The notes under the pieces are model-generated. The model saw only the letters and a list, made by a program, of their open reading frames with translations. It was not told the origin of the DNA and did not search any database. A DNA stretch of 64,000 nucleotides, from NCBI GenBank assembly GCA_951406725.2, contig OX597827.1, forward strand, positions 81,282,001 to 81,346,000. Direction: 5' to 3'. A program made the position numbers and the translations under genes. Positions 12,952 to 26,436 of this stretch are shown in pieces (positions within the stretch are counted from its first letter, which is position 1; every line of letters starts with the position of its first letter). Origin of the DNA: Octopus vulgaris. Taxonomy: Eukaryota.

Positions 12952-13206
12952 ATATCCATACATATGTATACATATATACACACAGACATATTCACACATG
13001 CATATATTATGTATTTCCATCATATTACAGACACATGTACATGTATGTATGTATGTATGTATTCTACATATAAACATACACACATATATATAAAAGGATA
13101 AATAGCTAGAAACATAATATATGTATATATTATGTATACATACATTCATTCATACATGTATGCATACATACACATGTACATACATGCATGCATATCTATC
13201 TCTATC

Positions 13207-13250
<44 letters not shown>

Positions 13251-13469
13251 TGTGTGTACACATATAATTTTCATTTCAGTTATACATTCATCATAAGAGC
13301 AGAAAATAACTCTTGTGCTTTGCAGACTTTTGAAGAATCGGTAGGAATTGATGTGTATGATGTCCAATGTGGACATGGGTAGTAAAAGAACTGGCTTTAA
13401 TATTTGCAAAAGAATGAAGGCCACCAAATCACAAAACAACAATATGCTGATGGCATTAAACTTTCTTGC

Positions 13470-13826
13470 TCACCCCTTCCAGTCAATCCTGCTCTGTTCA
13501 ACAACCCCAGCTCTGCTTCAACCATCATACCCAATCATTTCTCACCCAAACATCCTCCCTCTGGAATCACCATGTCGTTCCTTCACAACATTAACCTCAC
13601 TGGTCTTGGAGGGTCTGTAAATGTCATGGACATTGCCCCTTCCTAGATATCGTCTTAGGAAACCCGTTCTATACAGACATGTGATCTATAATCTATTTTG
13701 CCAATATATGCTGATACAAGGTTCAATCCTTCTCTGCATCAGTTTATTAAGCAGGGCACTTTTGATACAGTTTCAAACCTCACCTGTTATTGTGCATGAA
13801 ATTTATGGTTGTCTTGCAGTGAAGTC

Positions 13827-13830
<4 letters not shown>
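13470..13830 (-). mobile_element. Probable decayed LINE (RTE-like) 3' end just upstream of the protocadherin exon
   Basis: Heavily decayed coding-like sequence with weak resemblance to RTE C-termini. Confidence 0.3.
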
Positions 13831-13861
<31 letters not shown>

Positions 13862-13950
13862 TGATTTTAAAGTCAATATTCTTTGAGATACCAGACCTCG
13901 AGATCCTTTGATAAATGTAAATAAATTAATGTTATAAACAAACACAGTTC

Positions 13951-13983
<33 letters not shown>

Positions 13984-14031
13984 CTCTGCATGTGTGTATG
14001 TGACACACCATTCAAAACATTGTTCATACCA

Positions 14032-14050
14032 TTTTCTTTCTTTATTGCAG
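14032..14050 (+). other. 3' splice acceptor of the protocadherin coding exon (implies an upstream non-coding exon)
   Basis: Polypyrimidine tract ttttctttctttattgcAG ending 33 nt before the ATG. Confidence 0.7.
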
Positions 14051-14082
14051 ACACCTTTGATGATTGAAAATACAGGTGTGCG

Positions 14083-16479
14083 ATGTGCACCAGCTCTGCT
14101 GGGACCATGTTGGCTCTTGTGATCTTGCTGTTGTCTTCCCTGGATATTTGTTTTGCAATAGACATCACATTCCGTGTACAAGAGGAGAAGAATATTGGAA
14201 CGTACGTTGGAGATGTGGCAGCTGAATCTCATTTCCTCGATGGCATGCTGTCTCAACACACCAATCTCATTACATTCAATCAACTGCAGCAGAAGCAGGC
14301 AGGGGTTTCACAACTGTTCAATGTTTCCAAAAGAGGGGAGCTCTACACAACACAGAGACTCGATGCAGAATCTCTGTGCAAATATAATGTTGAATGTTTT
14401 AAAACGATCAAAATTGCGGTCCACAAAGACGAAGCATTTTTAAAAATTCTGAAAATTAAAGTAATTATAGAAGATGTAAATGATCATAAACCAAAATTTG
14501 CTGTGAAATCTGTGATGTTAAAGTTTTCCGAGAGAGATGGAATTGGGTTGAAAATGGCAATTCCTAATGCTGTTGACAAAGATGTAGGTAACTTGAATTC
14601 TAAGATTTCTTACCAATTAACACGAAGATTTAGAGAGACATTCAAGTTATCTGTGACGAAAATAATCACTGGGAGTTCTAAACTTGCCATAATACTTAAT
14701 GAGAAACTGGACAGAGAAGAGAAAGACAGTTACAGCCTTCAGGTAATTGCGAGTGATGGGGGATCTCCCCCAAAACAAGGGGTGTTGAATATTGAAATAA
14801 CTGTGACAGATGAAAATGATAATGCTCCAGTATTTACACAGAATATTTACAATGTTTCTATCAGAAGTACACATGGCAGATTCTTACCAATCACTGTTCT
14901 GTCTGCTAGTGATTTAGATTTGGGCGAAAACGGTCAAGTCACATATCACATCAGTTCTGCGACCTCTGACATTGCCAAATCTTATTTTAAACTGAATGAA
15001 GTGACAGGTGAAATTTTCACTCAGAAAACATTAAATTCCGAACAAAAACAGACCTACAAGTTGTTTGTTGAAGCAAAAGATGGAGGCAATCCTTCGTCAA
15101 GTTCCACAGCAATGGTTTTAATAAATGTAATAAACCAACAAAATACTGTCCCTAAGATAGACATTAATTTCGTCACTGAGTTGAGAGAGAACACTGCTAC
15201 CATTTCCGAAGGGATCAAAGTCGGCAGTTTCATAGCTTATGTCAGTGTTATTGACAATGATGTTGGACAGAATGGTGAGGTGGAATGTAGCCTACACCAC
15301 GATAAGTTCATTCTTTTAGATTTAGGATCAAAAGAATATAAAATTACGTTAAAGAAACCTGTGGACAGAGAAACTAGGGACCACTATGACATCAGTATTT
15401 CATGTGAAGATAAAGGATCTCCATCGATGAAAACAGAGAGAAAATTCTTCATTCAAGTGATGGATGTCAATGATGTTCAACCACAGTTTATGAAAGAAGT
15501 CTTTAAATTCCTCACTTATGAAAATGGTAAAACTAATTTCCCAATTGGTTACATCAATGCCACTGACCCAGACCAAGACCTTTCTGGACAACTCTCCTAT
15601 CATTTGTTGAGTAACAATAAAGTGACCCTACCATTCCGTATCACAAGTTATGGCTTTATTTCTACAACCAGTTCCTTAGACAGAGAAAAACAGGAGCAAT
15701 ATGAGTTCCAAGTGTTTGTCAAAGACAATGGAACTCCCTCACTGAACAACACTGCCAATGTGGTGGTGGAGGTTTTAGACAAAAATGACAATGCCCCTTA
15801 CTTTACCTTCCCTGGGGTGAACCCTTTCACACTTGATGTCCATTATCATCCCCAGAGTAAGAATGAAATCGCAGTTCTGAGGGCTTCCGACAGAGACAGC
15901 CATTTAAATGCTTTCCTCAGATACAGCATCCTCAGTGGAAATGATAAACTATTATTTGAGATTAACCCTTACACAGGAGTGTTTGCATTCTCTCGGACAG
16001 TTTACCAAAACGATGCTGGATCCTATCAACTGGAGTTTGCTGTAAAAGACAGTGGCACTCCTGTTCTGTCAGCCACTACAACTGTCTCTTTGACACTGAC
16101 CGTTAGCAACAAGACATCTCCAGCACTGTCCACCGTCCAGTTAAAGTCTGATAAAATGATCAACTTAACTTGGGTCATTGTTATTGTCACATCTGCTGTG
16201 ATAGTGTCAGTGGCGATCGTAGTGTCCATAACTCTGTGTGTGGTCAGATGTAACAACAACCGGAACAACCAGTACATCACGGAAATCAACTCCGACCGAG
16301 AAAAAAGCCATTATACATGCGTCACGAAGAAATCGGACACGCTAAACAGGAGTTCCAACGATATGATGGCCAGGAATACTCAGTTGATCGAAACTAAAGC
16401 CGAATTTTATCCTCAATATGAGTCACAAAGTGAATGGACCACATCGACCATTGACAAAAGACCTCAGTCAGTTCTGCTG
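14083..16479 (+). CDS. Pcdh: Protocadherin (cephalopod-type), large coding exon: signal peptide, 6 EC repeats, TM, start of cytoplasmic tail; spliced at 16479/16480 (unspliced read-through ends at TGA 16507-16509, 808 aa)
   Basis: 808-aa non-repetitive ORF. Signal peptide MLALVILLLSSLDICFA; EC1 with C-x5-C (LCKYNVEC); linkers DVNDHKP, DENDNAP, NQQNTVP, DVNDVQP, DKNDNAP; LDRE/VDRE and AxDxG motifs; TM WVIVIVTSAVIVSVAIVVSITLCVV. Donor CTG|GTAAGT at 16480 is phase 0. Symbol is family-level only. The second ATG at 14107 (accATG) is an alternative start. Confidence 0.96.
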
Positions 16480-16485
16480 GTAAGT
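16477..16485 (+). other. 5' splice donor of the protocadherin exon
   Basis: CTG|GTAAGT, a perfect intronic consensus, 27 nt before the in-frame stop. Confidence 0.8.
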
Positions 16486-16964
16486 TACACTTCACCATCT
16501 TCAACCTGATATAAATATAGCCATATTGAGTACCCCTGTGCTTATAGATCATCTACGTATTAACCCACAGTAATCTCTATATCTTACTATGATGGTAGTC
16601 TAAGCTGTTTGTGGTGATATCTGGGGACAATATCCAAGCATAGTCATGATGGAACGGTGTATATACATAGCTGTGGTGATGTAAAATCTTTGCTCTGGTA
16701 ATAGACTGATATATATATAAGTATAAACGTATGCATGTATAAGTATATGTATGCAGCTATGTATAGATCTACCTATCTATCTATATCTATATCCATCCAT
16801 CCATCCCTATCTATCTATCATCATCGTTTAACGTCCGTTCTCCATGCTAGCATGGGTTGGACGGTTCGACCGGGGATCTAGGAAGCCAGAAAGCTGCACC
16901 AGGCTCCAGTCTGATCTGGCAGTGTTTCCAGCTGTAGAAACACTGCCAGATCTATCTATCTATC

Positions 16965-16996
<32 letters not shown>

Positions 16997-17071
16997 TATA
17001 CTTTGATACTTTGATACTTTGATAGGTTTCGGCCATTATTGGCCCAGGCCATGTCTAACTTAATATGCACC

Positions 17072-17139
<68 letters not shown>

Positions 17140-17417
17140 CTGTCTATACATATGTGCATACAGGTGAAATGGTTAAGCTGAATCCACTAGCTCCCAGATA
17201 CTGAGTTCAAACTCTCTGCAAGTATCCTCTTCTTTAGGTGTTACAGATCCTCTCAGCCTCTTTTCGCTGTTGGTACCTGATCAGTTAGGAATATATCTTA
17301 CAATAGACTTCTCACTTCCACAAATGAACCATTTTGACTATATGTATAATGCTGTGATACAGGACGTGTCCACATATGGTATACATATTCATTGAGATGT
17401 ATATATATATATATATA

Positions 17418-17820
17418 TGGCTGTGTATTAATAAACTTGCTTCCCAACCACATGGTTCTGGGTTCAGTCCCTCTGTTTAGCACCTTGAGGAAGTGTCTTC
17501 AGGAACATTGGGTTGACTAAAGCCTCGTAAGTGGAATTGGTAGATAGAAACTGATGTATGTATATATGATATATATATATATATGATGTGTGTGTGTGTG
17601 TGTGTTGATGTTAGTGTCTGTCCCCACCACTGCTTGATAACTGGTATTGATATGTTTACGCCCTTGTAACTTAGCAGTCCAGTCAAAGAGACTGATAGAA
17701 AAAGTAACAGTCTTAAAAAATAAGTACTGATGTCAATTCATTGAACTAAAAAGTCTTCAAGTCAGTGCTCCAGCAAGGCCACAGTCTAATTACTGAAACA
17801 AGAGACAGAAGGTAAAAGAT
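17418..17820 (+). mobile_element. SINE family 1
   Basis: Similarity to the 4082 copy. Confidence 0.8.
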
Positions 17821-18051
17821 GTACTCAAATCCACTCACATACACATGGATATATATATATCCATGTGTGTATTGAAGTGAGTCTTATAGTGGTTGGACGG
17901 ATTTGGCATCTCTTTCTAGCATACAGGTACAGCGGCTTCTGTGTTCTTACAATTGTACTCTATATATGAATTTTACCTAAAAAGGTTTTTTTTTTTACAC
18001 TGGCCACTGATAAAATCCATTAATTTTAATGATTTTATCCATTAATTATGC

Positions 18052-18362
18052 TTATGTAAACCTAGTACTTATTCTATCGGTCTCTATTGCCAAACTACTA
18101 AGTTATGGGGATGTAAACACACCAACATCGGTTGTCAAGCAATGTTGGGGGGGGGGGACAAACATATACACACACATACATATATATATATATACATATA
18201 TATAACAGGCTTCTTTCAGTTTCTGTCTATCAAATCCACTCACAAACCTTTGGTTGGCTCGAGGCTATAGTAGAATACACTTGGCCAAGGTGCCACGCAG
18301 TGGGACTGAGCCAGGAACCATGTGGTTGGTAAGCAAAATACTTACCACACAGCCACTCCTGC
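18052..18362 (-). mobile_element. SINE family 1 (inverted relative to the 17418 copy)
   Basis: Similarity to the 4082 copy. Confidence 0.8.
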
Positions 18363-18369
18363 TCCTATA

Positions 18370-18410
<41 letters not shown>

Positions 18411-18634
18411 ATACACATTATGTGTGTGTGTATATAACTGAAGATATTTTTATGTGTTAGACCATTACAAAGAAATATTGAGAGATTTAAATAATTGACC
18501 ACTTCAGTCAGAGTTAAATGGTGACATTGACTGCAAAGTTTCTCCAAGAAAAGCTTTTTAATGAGTGGTGTGAAAAACATTAGATATTTGTTCTGTATGT
18601 ATATATATGTATATATATACAGAACAGAAAGAGA

Positions 18635-18675
<41 letters not shown>

Positions 18676-18676
18676 T

Positions 18677-18729
<53 letters not shown>

Positions 18730-18739
18730 CGGATACAAA

Positions 18740-19045
18740 TACATTCTGTGTAAGTTAAGAAACATGAACAAGTGAAAATTTTGTAAGTTTTCACTGCATA
18801 TTGACCCTTGGAAATAATCAAATATTAGATTGTATAAACCACAAAAAGAAAAAAAATGGGCATTAGTATGCCTGGGAATCGAACCAACACCGTTTATTTT
18901 ATGATGAGTGTGCTAACCAATTACACCGACATCCTCTCCTGTTTTCTATTAAATTTAGAAACTATGACTTCATGGCAGTAAACGCGTAAACATGTGCGTA
19001 TTCTGTGTAAGTTGAGAAATGGTGATGAGTGGAAATTCTGTAAAT
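18740..19045 (-). mobile_element. tRNA-like head flanked by about 45-bp direct repeats
   Basis: Minus strand gtcggtgtaattggttagcac...ggttcgattcccaggc (18865-18932); direct repeats attctgtgtaagtt(a/g)agaaa at about 18743 and 19000. Confidence 0.55.
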
Positions 19046-19972
19046 ATGATTATAAGCTGTTCCTGATAGGGTTGACCTCCCAACACTTGGTATAAAGCCA
19101 CCTCCCCCAACTCTCAAATCGCTCACCACCACCACCACCACTGCCACTTAGTCATGAGAGCTTTTCCCTTCCATTGTTCTTTATCTTGCAAGCAACTCGG
19201 CAACCCCTCATGTGCTGGTGCCACATAACAACACAGCTAGAACACTCTGTAAAGTGGTTGGTGTTAGGAAGGGCATCCAGCTGTAGAAAGCATGGCAAAG
19301 CTGACATTGGGGCTTGATGTTGTCTTGTGGCCTGCTGGATCCTGACAAACTGTGCAACCCATGCCAGCATGGAAAACGGACATTTGATGATGATGATGAA
19401 AATGATGATGATGATGATGATGATGAGGGTTAGTGGAAGTGAGGAAGGATGGTGGAGTAGGTCGGGTGGAATTATCAATTAAACATAATAACGAGGATCT
19501 AATAGAGATATCATGATTCAGGCTGTGTTCAATAAACATAGCTAATGGGAGAAAAGATGATGAATTAATGACTCTATATGTGGAGAAAGTGATACTCATG
19601 GGTGGGCATGGGTGGTGTGAGAGTGATATATTTATGGTTATAGATATTATTTCAACAGTTTATGAAATTATGGAACAAAGGCCTTTCATACGAAAACCAT
19701 ATCCTTTACATTTCTAAAGGATATTATTAGGGGAAAACTGAGAAAAAAAGTGTTGATAATAAGTTAAGGTTGAGTTATTCAAGAATAATGGTTAATGAGT
19801 GAGAGACATTTATTCAGATTAGGTTTTGATTTTTGATGTAGGGTTGTAAAATTTGAAAGTAATATTAAAGTGAAAATTCATTTTTTCTTTTTGTTCTGAA
19901 AGGTAAAAAAGGTTCCTACAAATTTGTTTATTAATTAGTATTTGAATTTAAATTGCATATATTATCTATCTA

Positions 19973-20007
<35 letters not shown>

Positions 20008-21650
20008 GTCTATCTATCTATCTATCTATCTATCTATCAATCTATCTATCTATCTATCTATCTATATCCCTCCTCCCTCTCTCTCAATATATATACACAT
20101 GTATAACTTGTCTCTTATACAAATACGTACACACACACACACACACACAGATATATACAGACTCAAACACACTCGTATGTATACACACACACGTAATTTC
20201 CTTTTTTGTTGCCAGCACATACATACATAAGTACAAATATATACACAAGCACACACACACACATACACACACACACACACATACAAATAAAGACCAGCTC
20301 ATACATAAACACATACAGACACATTGTGTCTGTTTTTCTCACACACACACACACGTCTAAATATGGAAGTATGTTGAAAAGTAGCCACACTCTGGAAACA
20401 TTGGAGTGTTGGTATGAGTGTAGAGTGGAGGGTGGATAGGTGGGGGTGAGAGTGGATGGTTGGATGGGTGATGGTATGAGGTGGCAAATGAGTGGCAACT
20501 GTCCAGACAGAAAAAGAGTGGTGGCAGAAGCGGAGGGGGAGCAACAGTGTCAACACCAAGAACAACAACACCACCAACAACAACAACAGGACAAGATATT
20601 TATAGATACAATTATGTTTATTTCTATTGTGGGGATGATTCAGTGAAATATCTGTGGTGTATATATATAGAATATTGGCACAACAACTGGATATCACATG
20701 GCCTTGTGGTGTTGTTGGTGGTGGTGGTGGATATCCCACAGTGATGGTGTGGGGTGAACTAGTGTGATGGGGGATGTGATATATGGCAAGGTAGGGGAGA
20801 GAGAGAGAGAGTTGATATCTTAGATACCACACACTGGTGTTGTTTAGTGGTCGTGGCCAGCCTGGATTATGCAGGCTTATGGTCATAGACATTCCAGCCA
20901 TGCCCACCTCATCTTTTGCTGACTGGGCTTAGTGTACCACAGACTACATTGTATAATGTATCTTTAGTAAGGGCGTGATATTTGAGAAACAGTCTGACTC
21001 TGTTTCTTACACCACCACCACCACCACCACCAACATTATTACCATCACAAAGCCATGTGATATCCAATTGTGCCAATATTCTAATAAACACACACACATG
21101 TATACATACATTATATATACACGCATTATGTATATATATATACTTCACAGCTTCTTTGGTGAATCATCTGAAGGATAGAAATAAACAAGACTTCTGTCTA
21201 AAAATACTTCGTCCTCTTGTTGTTGTCATCGTCGTCATTGGCATTGTTGTTGTTGACACTCCTCCTTTTTTCTGTCTGGATGCTTGCCACTCATTCTCCA
21301 CCTCACCCCCACCCCTCACCCGCCTACTCTTTCTATGTCTGTGGACACACACACACACACACACACACAAACGCACCAAGTGGTTCAAGAGACTTTGTTG
21401 CAAGCCTGAGGTGAAGGGTTCATATCCACTGCCTGGCACTTTATGGAAAGACAGCTTCTGGTTCTTGTCCACGAAATTAAGAAGACGGAAACTGTGTGGA
21501 ACCCCAGTGAATGGCCTGTACCAGTAATTCTAAAGGTACATCCCCTTGTTTCATTACTTCACACTGATTCTGTTATTCTGAACATTATGTTAGAGTGAAT
21601 TAGGTCTGAGGAATACTCGACAACTACCCTAAAGTCCAAGGAATTGATAG

Positions 21651-21700
<50 letters not shown>

Positions 21701-22103
21701 TCATCGTCGTTGTTTAATGTCTGTTTTCCATGCTAGCATGGGTTGGATGATTCGACAGGGGTCTGGGAAGCCAGGGGGCTGCACCAGGCTCATGTCTGAT
21801 CTGCCAGTGTTTCTACAGCTGGTTGCTCTTCCTAATGCCAACCACTCCGTGAGTGTAGTGGGTGCTTTTTACGTGCCACTGGTACGGGTATCACAACTTC
21901 CATTTTATTTGAATTTGATATTGCTGATGATGTACTTGACTGAATAGGTCTCCTCAAGCACAACAGGTCACCCTACAATCCAAGATACTTTTGAATGGGC
22001 TGGGGTTGGTTATGTGAAACTGGGGTAGGATACAGCTGTGAACTCACTTCATTTGCTGAGTCTTCGCAGTCATAGCATATCTTCAGAGGTCTTGGTCTTT
22101 ATA

Positions 22104-22152
<49 letters not shown>

Positions 22153-22647
22153 TTATGTATGTGTGTATATTTATGTATGTGTGTCTTTGTGTTTGTGCTT
22201 GTCCTCCATCACTAATTAACAACCAGTGTTGGTTTATTTATGTCCCTGTAACCTATCAATTCAGAAAAAGTAAACAATAGAAGAGCCAGTGATGGAGGAC
22301 AAGCACAAACACAAAGACACACATACATAAATATACACACACCACCACTACATGCACACATACATAAGATGGGCGTCTTTCAGGTTCTGTCTACCAAACT
22401 TACTCACAAGGCTTTGGTCAGCCTGAAGCTATAGTAGAAAACAATCACTTGGCCAAGGCACCATGCAGTAGGATTGAACCCAGAACCAGGTTGTTGGAAA
22501 GCAAGTTTCTTACCAGAGTCATGCTTGTGCCTATACAGACATGCCTGTACACACACACACACACACACACATATCCATATTCACTCACACACATGTATAT
22601 ATACATATTCACATACACACGTATATATACATATTCTTCACATACAC

Positions 22648-22740
<93 letters not shown>

Positions 22741-23120
22741 GTTACCCATGCCTGATGAGCTAGGTCTGTTTAACAAGCTGACAACATTTTGAATGGAGTC
22801 AAATCAAACAGTTATTAAATAACATATGTAACTCCTACCAAATGCGTTGAGTTCTACCTCCTTTCATTTATCAACTCACTAAATAAGCAACTCATGAACT
22901 TTTCTCCAGACAAACTGTTTCTTCCTCCTTTTCCTCTTCTCTTGACTTTCTTCCACTATCTGATGGAGAGCCAATGCTTGAAATGTCATGGTTTTACTTT
23001 TGATTTCCCATCTAAAATTTTCACCGAGCATCAAACTTATGTGTTTACTTTGTACATCCATGATTTCTGCTGGTTTTGCTTTTGTTTCGGTCTTTGAAGC
23101 CGCTGTTCATCATCAATTTG

Positions 23121-23218
<98 letters not shown>

Positions 23219-26138
23219 TATTACAGTAAATGTATTTGTGTCTTAAGAATTGAGTTGGTAGTTCTGCACACACACATACACGTGTGTGTGTGTATTCCGC
23301 CATGTGTATGATTGTGTTTCAGGCCCACCATGTCCATTCATTGTCCAATCTTTTCCCATACATGTCAGTTCTACACTGTGTCCTTAGTTAAGTTACTCAG
23401 CACCCAAATGGCTCACACCATTCCTAGCCACGTCATTACCACGTTGTCGGTACATTCTAAAGCTAATTATTGCCCATCCAACATAAGGAACACTATGAAA
23501 TTACTGAAATTGCTAGACATAACAGCCAAATCACATCCTTCTGTCTTAAGGATGGCATGCTGGAGAATGTAGTACAAGGCAGACTATTCCTAACAACAGA
23601 TGATGGAGAGTTAAAGCTTAAACATCTTTGAAGACAGGTCAGCTGGATCAACACTGACCTTGGGTTAAACAAACAGCCTTTTAACTTCTTTACAAATACT
23701 GTGGAGATGCATGGCTTTGTGGTTAGGGGTGTTGGACTCATGAGTGTATGACCGTGGTTTCAATTCCTGGACTGGGTGACATGTTTTCTTGAGTGATGCA
23801 CTTCATTTCATGTTGCTCCAGTCCACTGAGGAAGCAAAAATGAATAATCCTGCGACTGGAGTCCTTTCCAGGAGAATATTCACCATGGAAATCAGGAAAC
23901 CAGCCCTTATGAGTCTGTACAACTCAAGTACGTAACTTGACCTTCTACTTTTCTTAAAAATACCACCTCTCCCACTTAATCTCTTCCGCAAATTCTTTGA
24001 TATGTCTAGGACACTGCGAGAGAGTCCTGCTGACAACACCCTCCATCTCTTCCATTCACTTCAGAATCATCTACAAGACATTGTATAAAACACATCCTGA
24101 TGCCATCAAGCATCGCTGCCAAAACAAATGGTCAGAGGGTCAGTCCCACAGCATGGTGCTTTGGACAAGCAGCTGCTAGGATTTCTCTTTGACTATTTTT
24201 ACCTCAATTATGCAAATGACCTTGGTCATAAATATGTTCGACTCCTTTTCATGAAAGTCTGAATTGTCTCATCAGCTGAAGATAAACTAAGACAGCTGCT
24301 CTGCTGTTTAAGCCTATATAATATGTGCTGCATGTGTGTGTGTAAATATACACATCTCAGTCTATGTGTCTATCTATCAATTAATCTCTCTCTCTCTCTA
24401 TCTATCTATCTATGTCTCTCTCCCTCTTCTCTCCTACCAGTTGTGTGGAGCCATGCAGACCCCCTCTGCAGGAACCTGCTCTGTCCCTCCCCTGCCCTCC
24501 TTCTCTTAGCAATTCTGTCATCCCCCAGCATGAAACTGACTGCCCCCACCCTGTGAACTGCATCGTGACACCCCCCCAGCAATGCAGCAGATATGAAGGA
24601 AGATGCACTCAGTCTGCACAGTAAAGTGGTTGGTGTTAGGAAGGGCACTCAGCCATAGAAACTCAGCCAAATTGAGCAGTGGAGCAGGATGCCTTCCTTC
24701 AACACATTGGATTTTGTCAAACCATCTAACCTGAGGCATGGCCCAGTAGCTAGAGTGTTGCATGCATGATTGCTAGATCAGGGGTTCAATTCCCAGACCA
24801 AGCAGCACATTGTGCTCTTGTGCAACACTTTTATTTCATGTTACTCCAGTCCACTCAGCTGTAAACAGTCCCACCCTGGCGGTGGAATAGCCTTCTAATC
24901 AGAGGGGGATGTTGGTCTGCTTGCCTGGCCAGTGGAGTAGCATCATTCTAAAACTAAGATGATTCAAAGTGCATTGTGTCCAGCAATGTATAACAACATC
25001 CAGTAGTCTGGTTGATCATGTGATATATATCATAATTTGACATCCATTGTCCATGCTGGCATGGGTTGGATGGTTTGACCGGGGCTGGTAAGCTGGAAGG
25101 CTGCACCAGACTCCAGTCTGTTTTGGCATGGTTTCTACAGCTGGATGCCCTTCCTAATGCCAACCACTCTGAGAGTGTAATGGGTGCTTTTACATGGCAC
25201 CAGCGTCGGTGCCATTTGCGTGACACCATAGCTGCTACAACTGCGACTTTGCTCAACTTGATGGGTTTTCTTCGCAAGCACGACATAATGCCAAAAGTCT
25301 CAGTCATTGCCATCATGAGGCCCAATGCTTGAAAGGAGCTCAACCACTTTGTCTCTGTGAAACCCAGTGCTCAAAAGGTGACCTTTACGTGCCACCAGGA
25401 CCGGTGCCAGTTATGTGAGACCAGCATTGAGGCCATCCTAGATAATCTGGTCCCTGGTGGGATTATAAAATGAAACTCCCTAAGTATTCACCCAAACTCT
25501 CGCTGTAGTGAGATGTACAGAATCTAAAAAAGCCATCAGTTAATAGTTGCCATCTTCTAAAGAACGATGACAAAGGTTGGTGATGGAAGAATGGCAGTTT
25601 ATATATTAACAACAAAATCCATGATAAAACTGAATGTACTAGTAGCGGTCTTGGTACTTATAGTACAGTTAGTATGTCTATGATGAAATTGCTTCCTGTT
25701 TACAGAGATAAATGTGACATTAATGGTCAGAAAAATGTGAAGTCCAGTGATAACCAGTGCCAAACAGACATAGAAACTTTTCTATAATTCTCACCATCAA
25801 TAAAACGACAATAACAGCTGCCAATAAAATGAGGAAAATGAGTTTGGTGTTGGGGGGATGGTGTGGAAATATGGAGGAATGGAGTGAATTTATTGTTTTG
25901 GTTTCGAACAAAACAATAAAAAAGTGAGAAATAAATAAATAAATAAATATGGAGAAGTTTTTAAGACAAAAAAATCAAAAGTTAAGACTAAAGTCATGGT
26001 GGCTTCAATAATAAATGTTTAGCAGAAAAATTCTTCTCCAAAGACACAAGTATACATCCATAATACACACACATAATACATATACACACACACACACAAT
26101 ACATATTTATATATATATATAACATGCTTTAAATAAAG

Positions 26139-26170
<32 letters not shown>

Positions 26171-26392
26171 CATACACACACACACACTACAGATAGATAG
26201 ATAGATAGATAAGTGCAGACATGGTTGTGCAGTTAAGAAGCTCATCTTGCAACTAGGGATCCAGGTTCAATCCTTCTGCATGACACCTTGGGCATAGGTC
26301 TTCTATTACAGCCCTAAGAGACCAATGCATTGTGAGTGAATCTAACAGATGGAAACTGTGTGAAAGATCATCATATACAAACATATATATAT

Positions 26393-26436
<44 letters not shown>

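Noticed and set aside
14174-16289. Overlapping and antisense ORFs within the protocadherin exon
   Set aside because: Short shadow frames with no independent features
18865-18932. Functional tRNA gene
   Set aside because: A and B boxes present, but acceptor and anticodon stems do not pair; treated as a SINE head
22745-22790. Hammerhead-like CTGATGA-gct..agc motif
   Set aside because: GAAA replaced by GACAA and no clear helix I or III; at best a decayed copy
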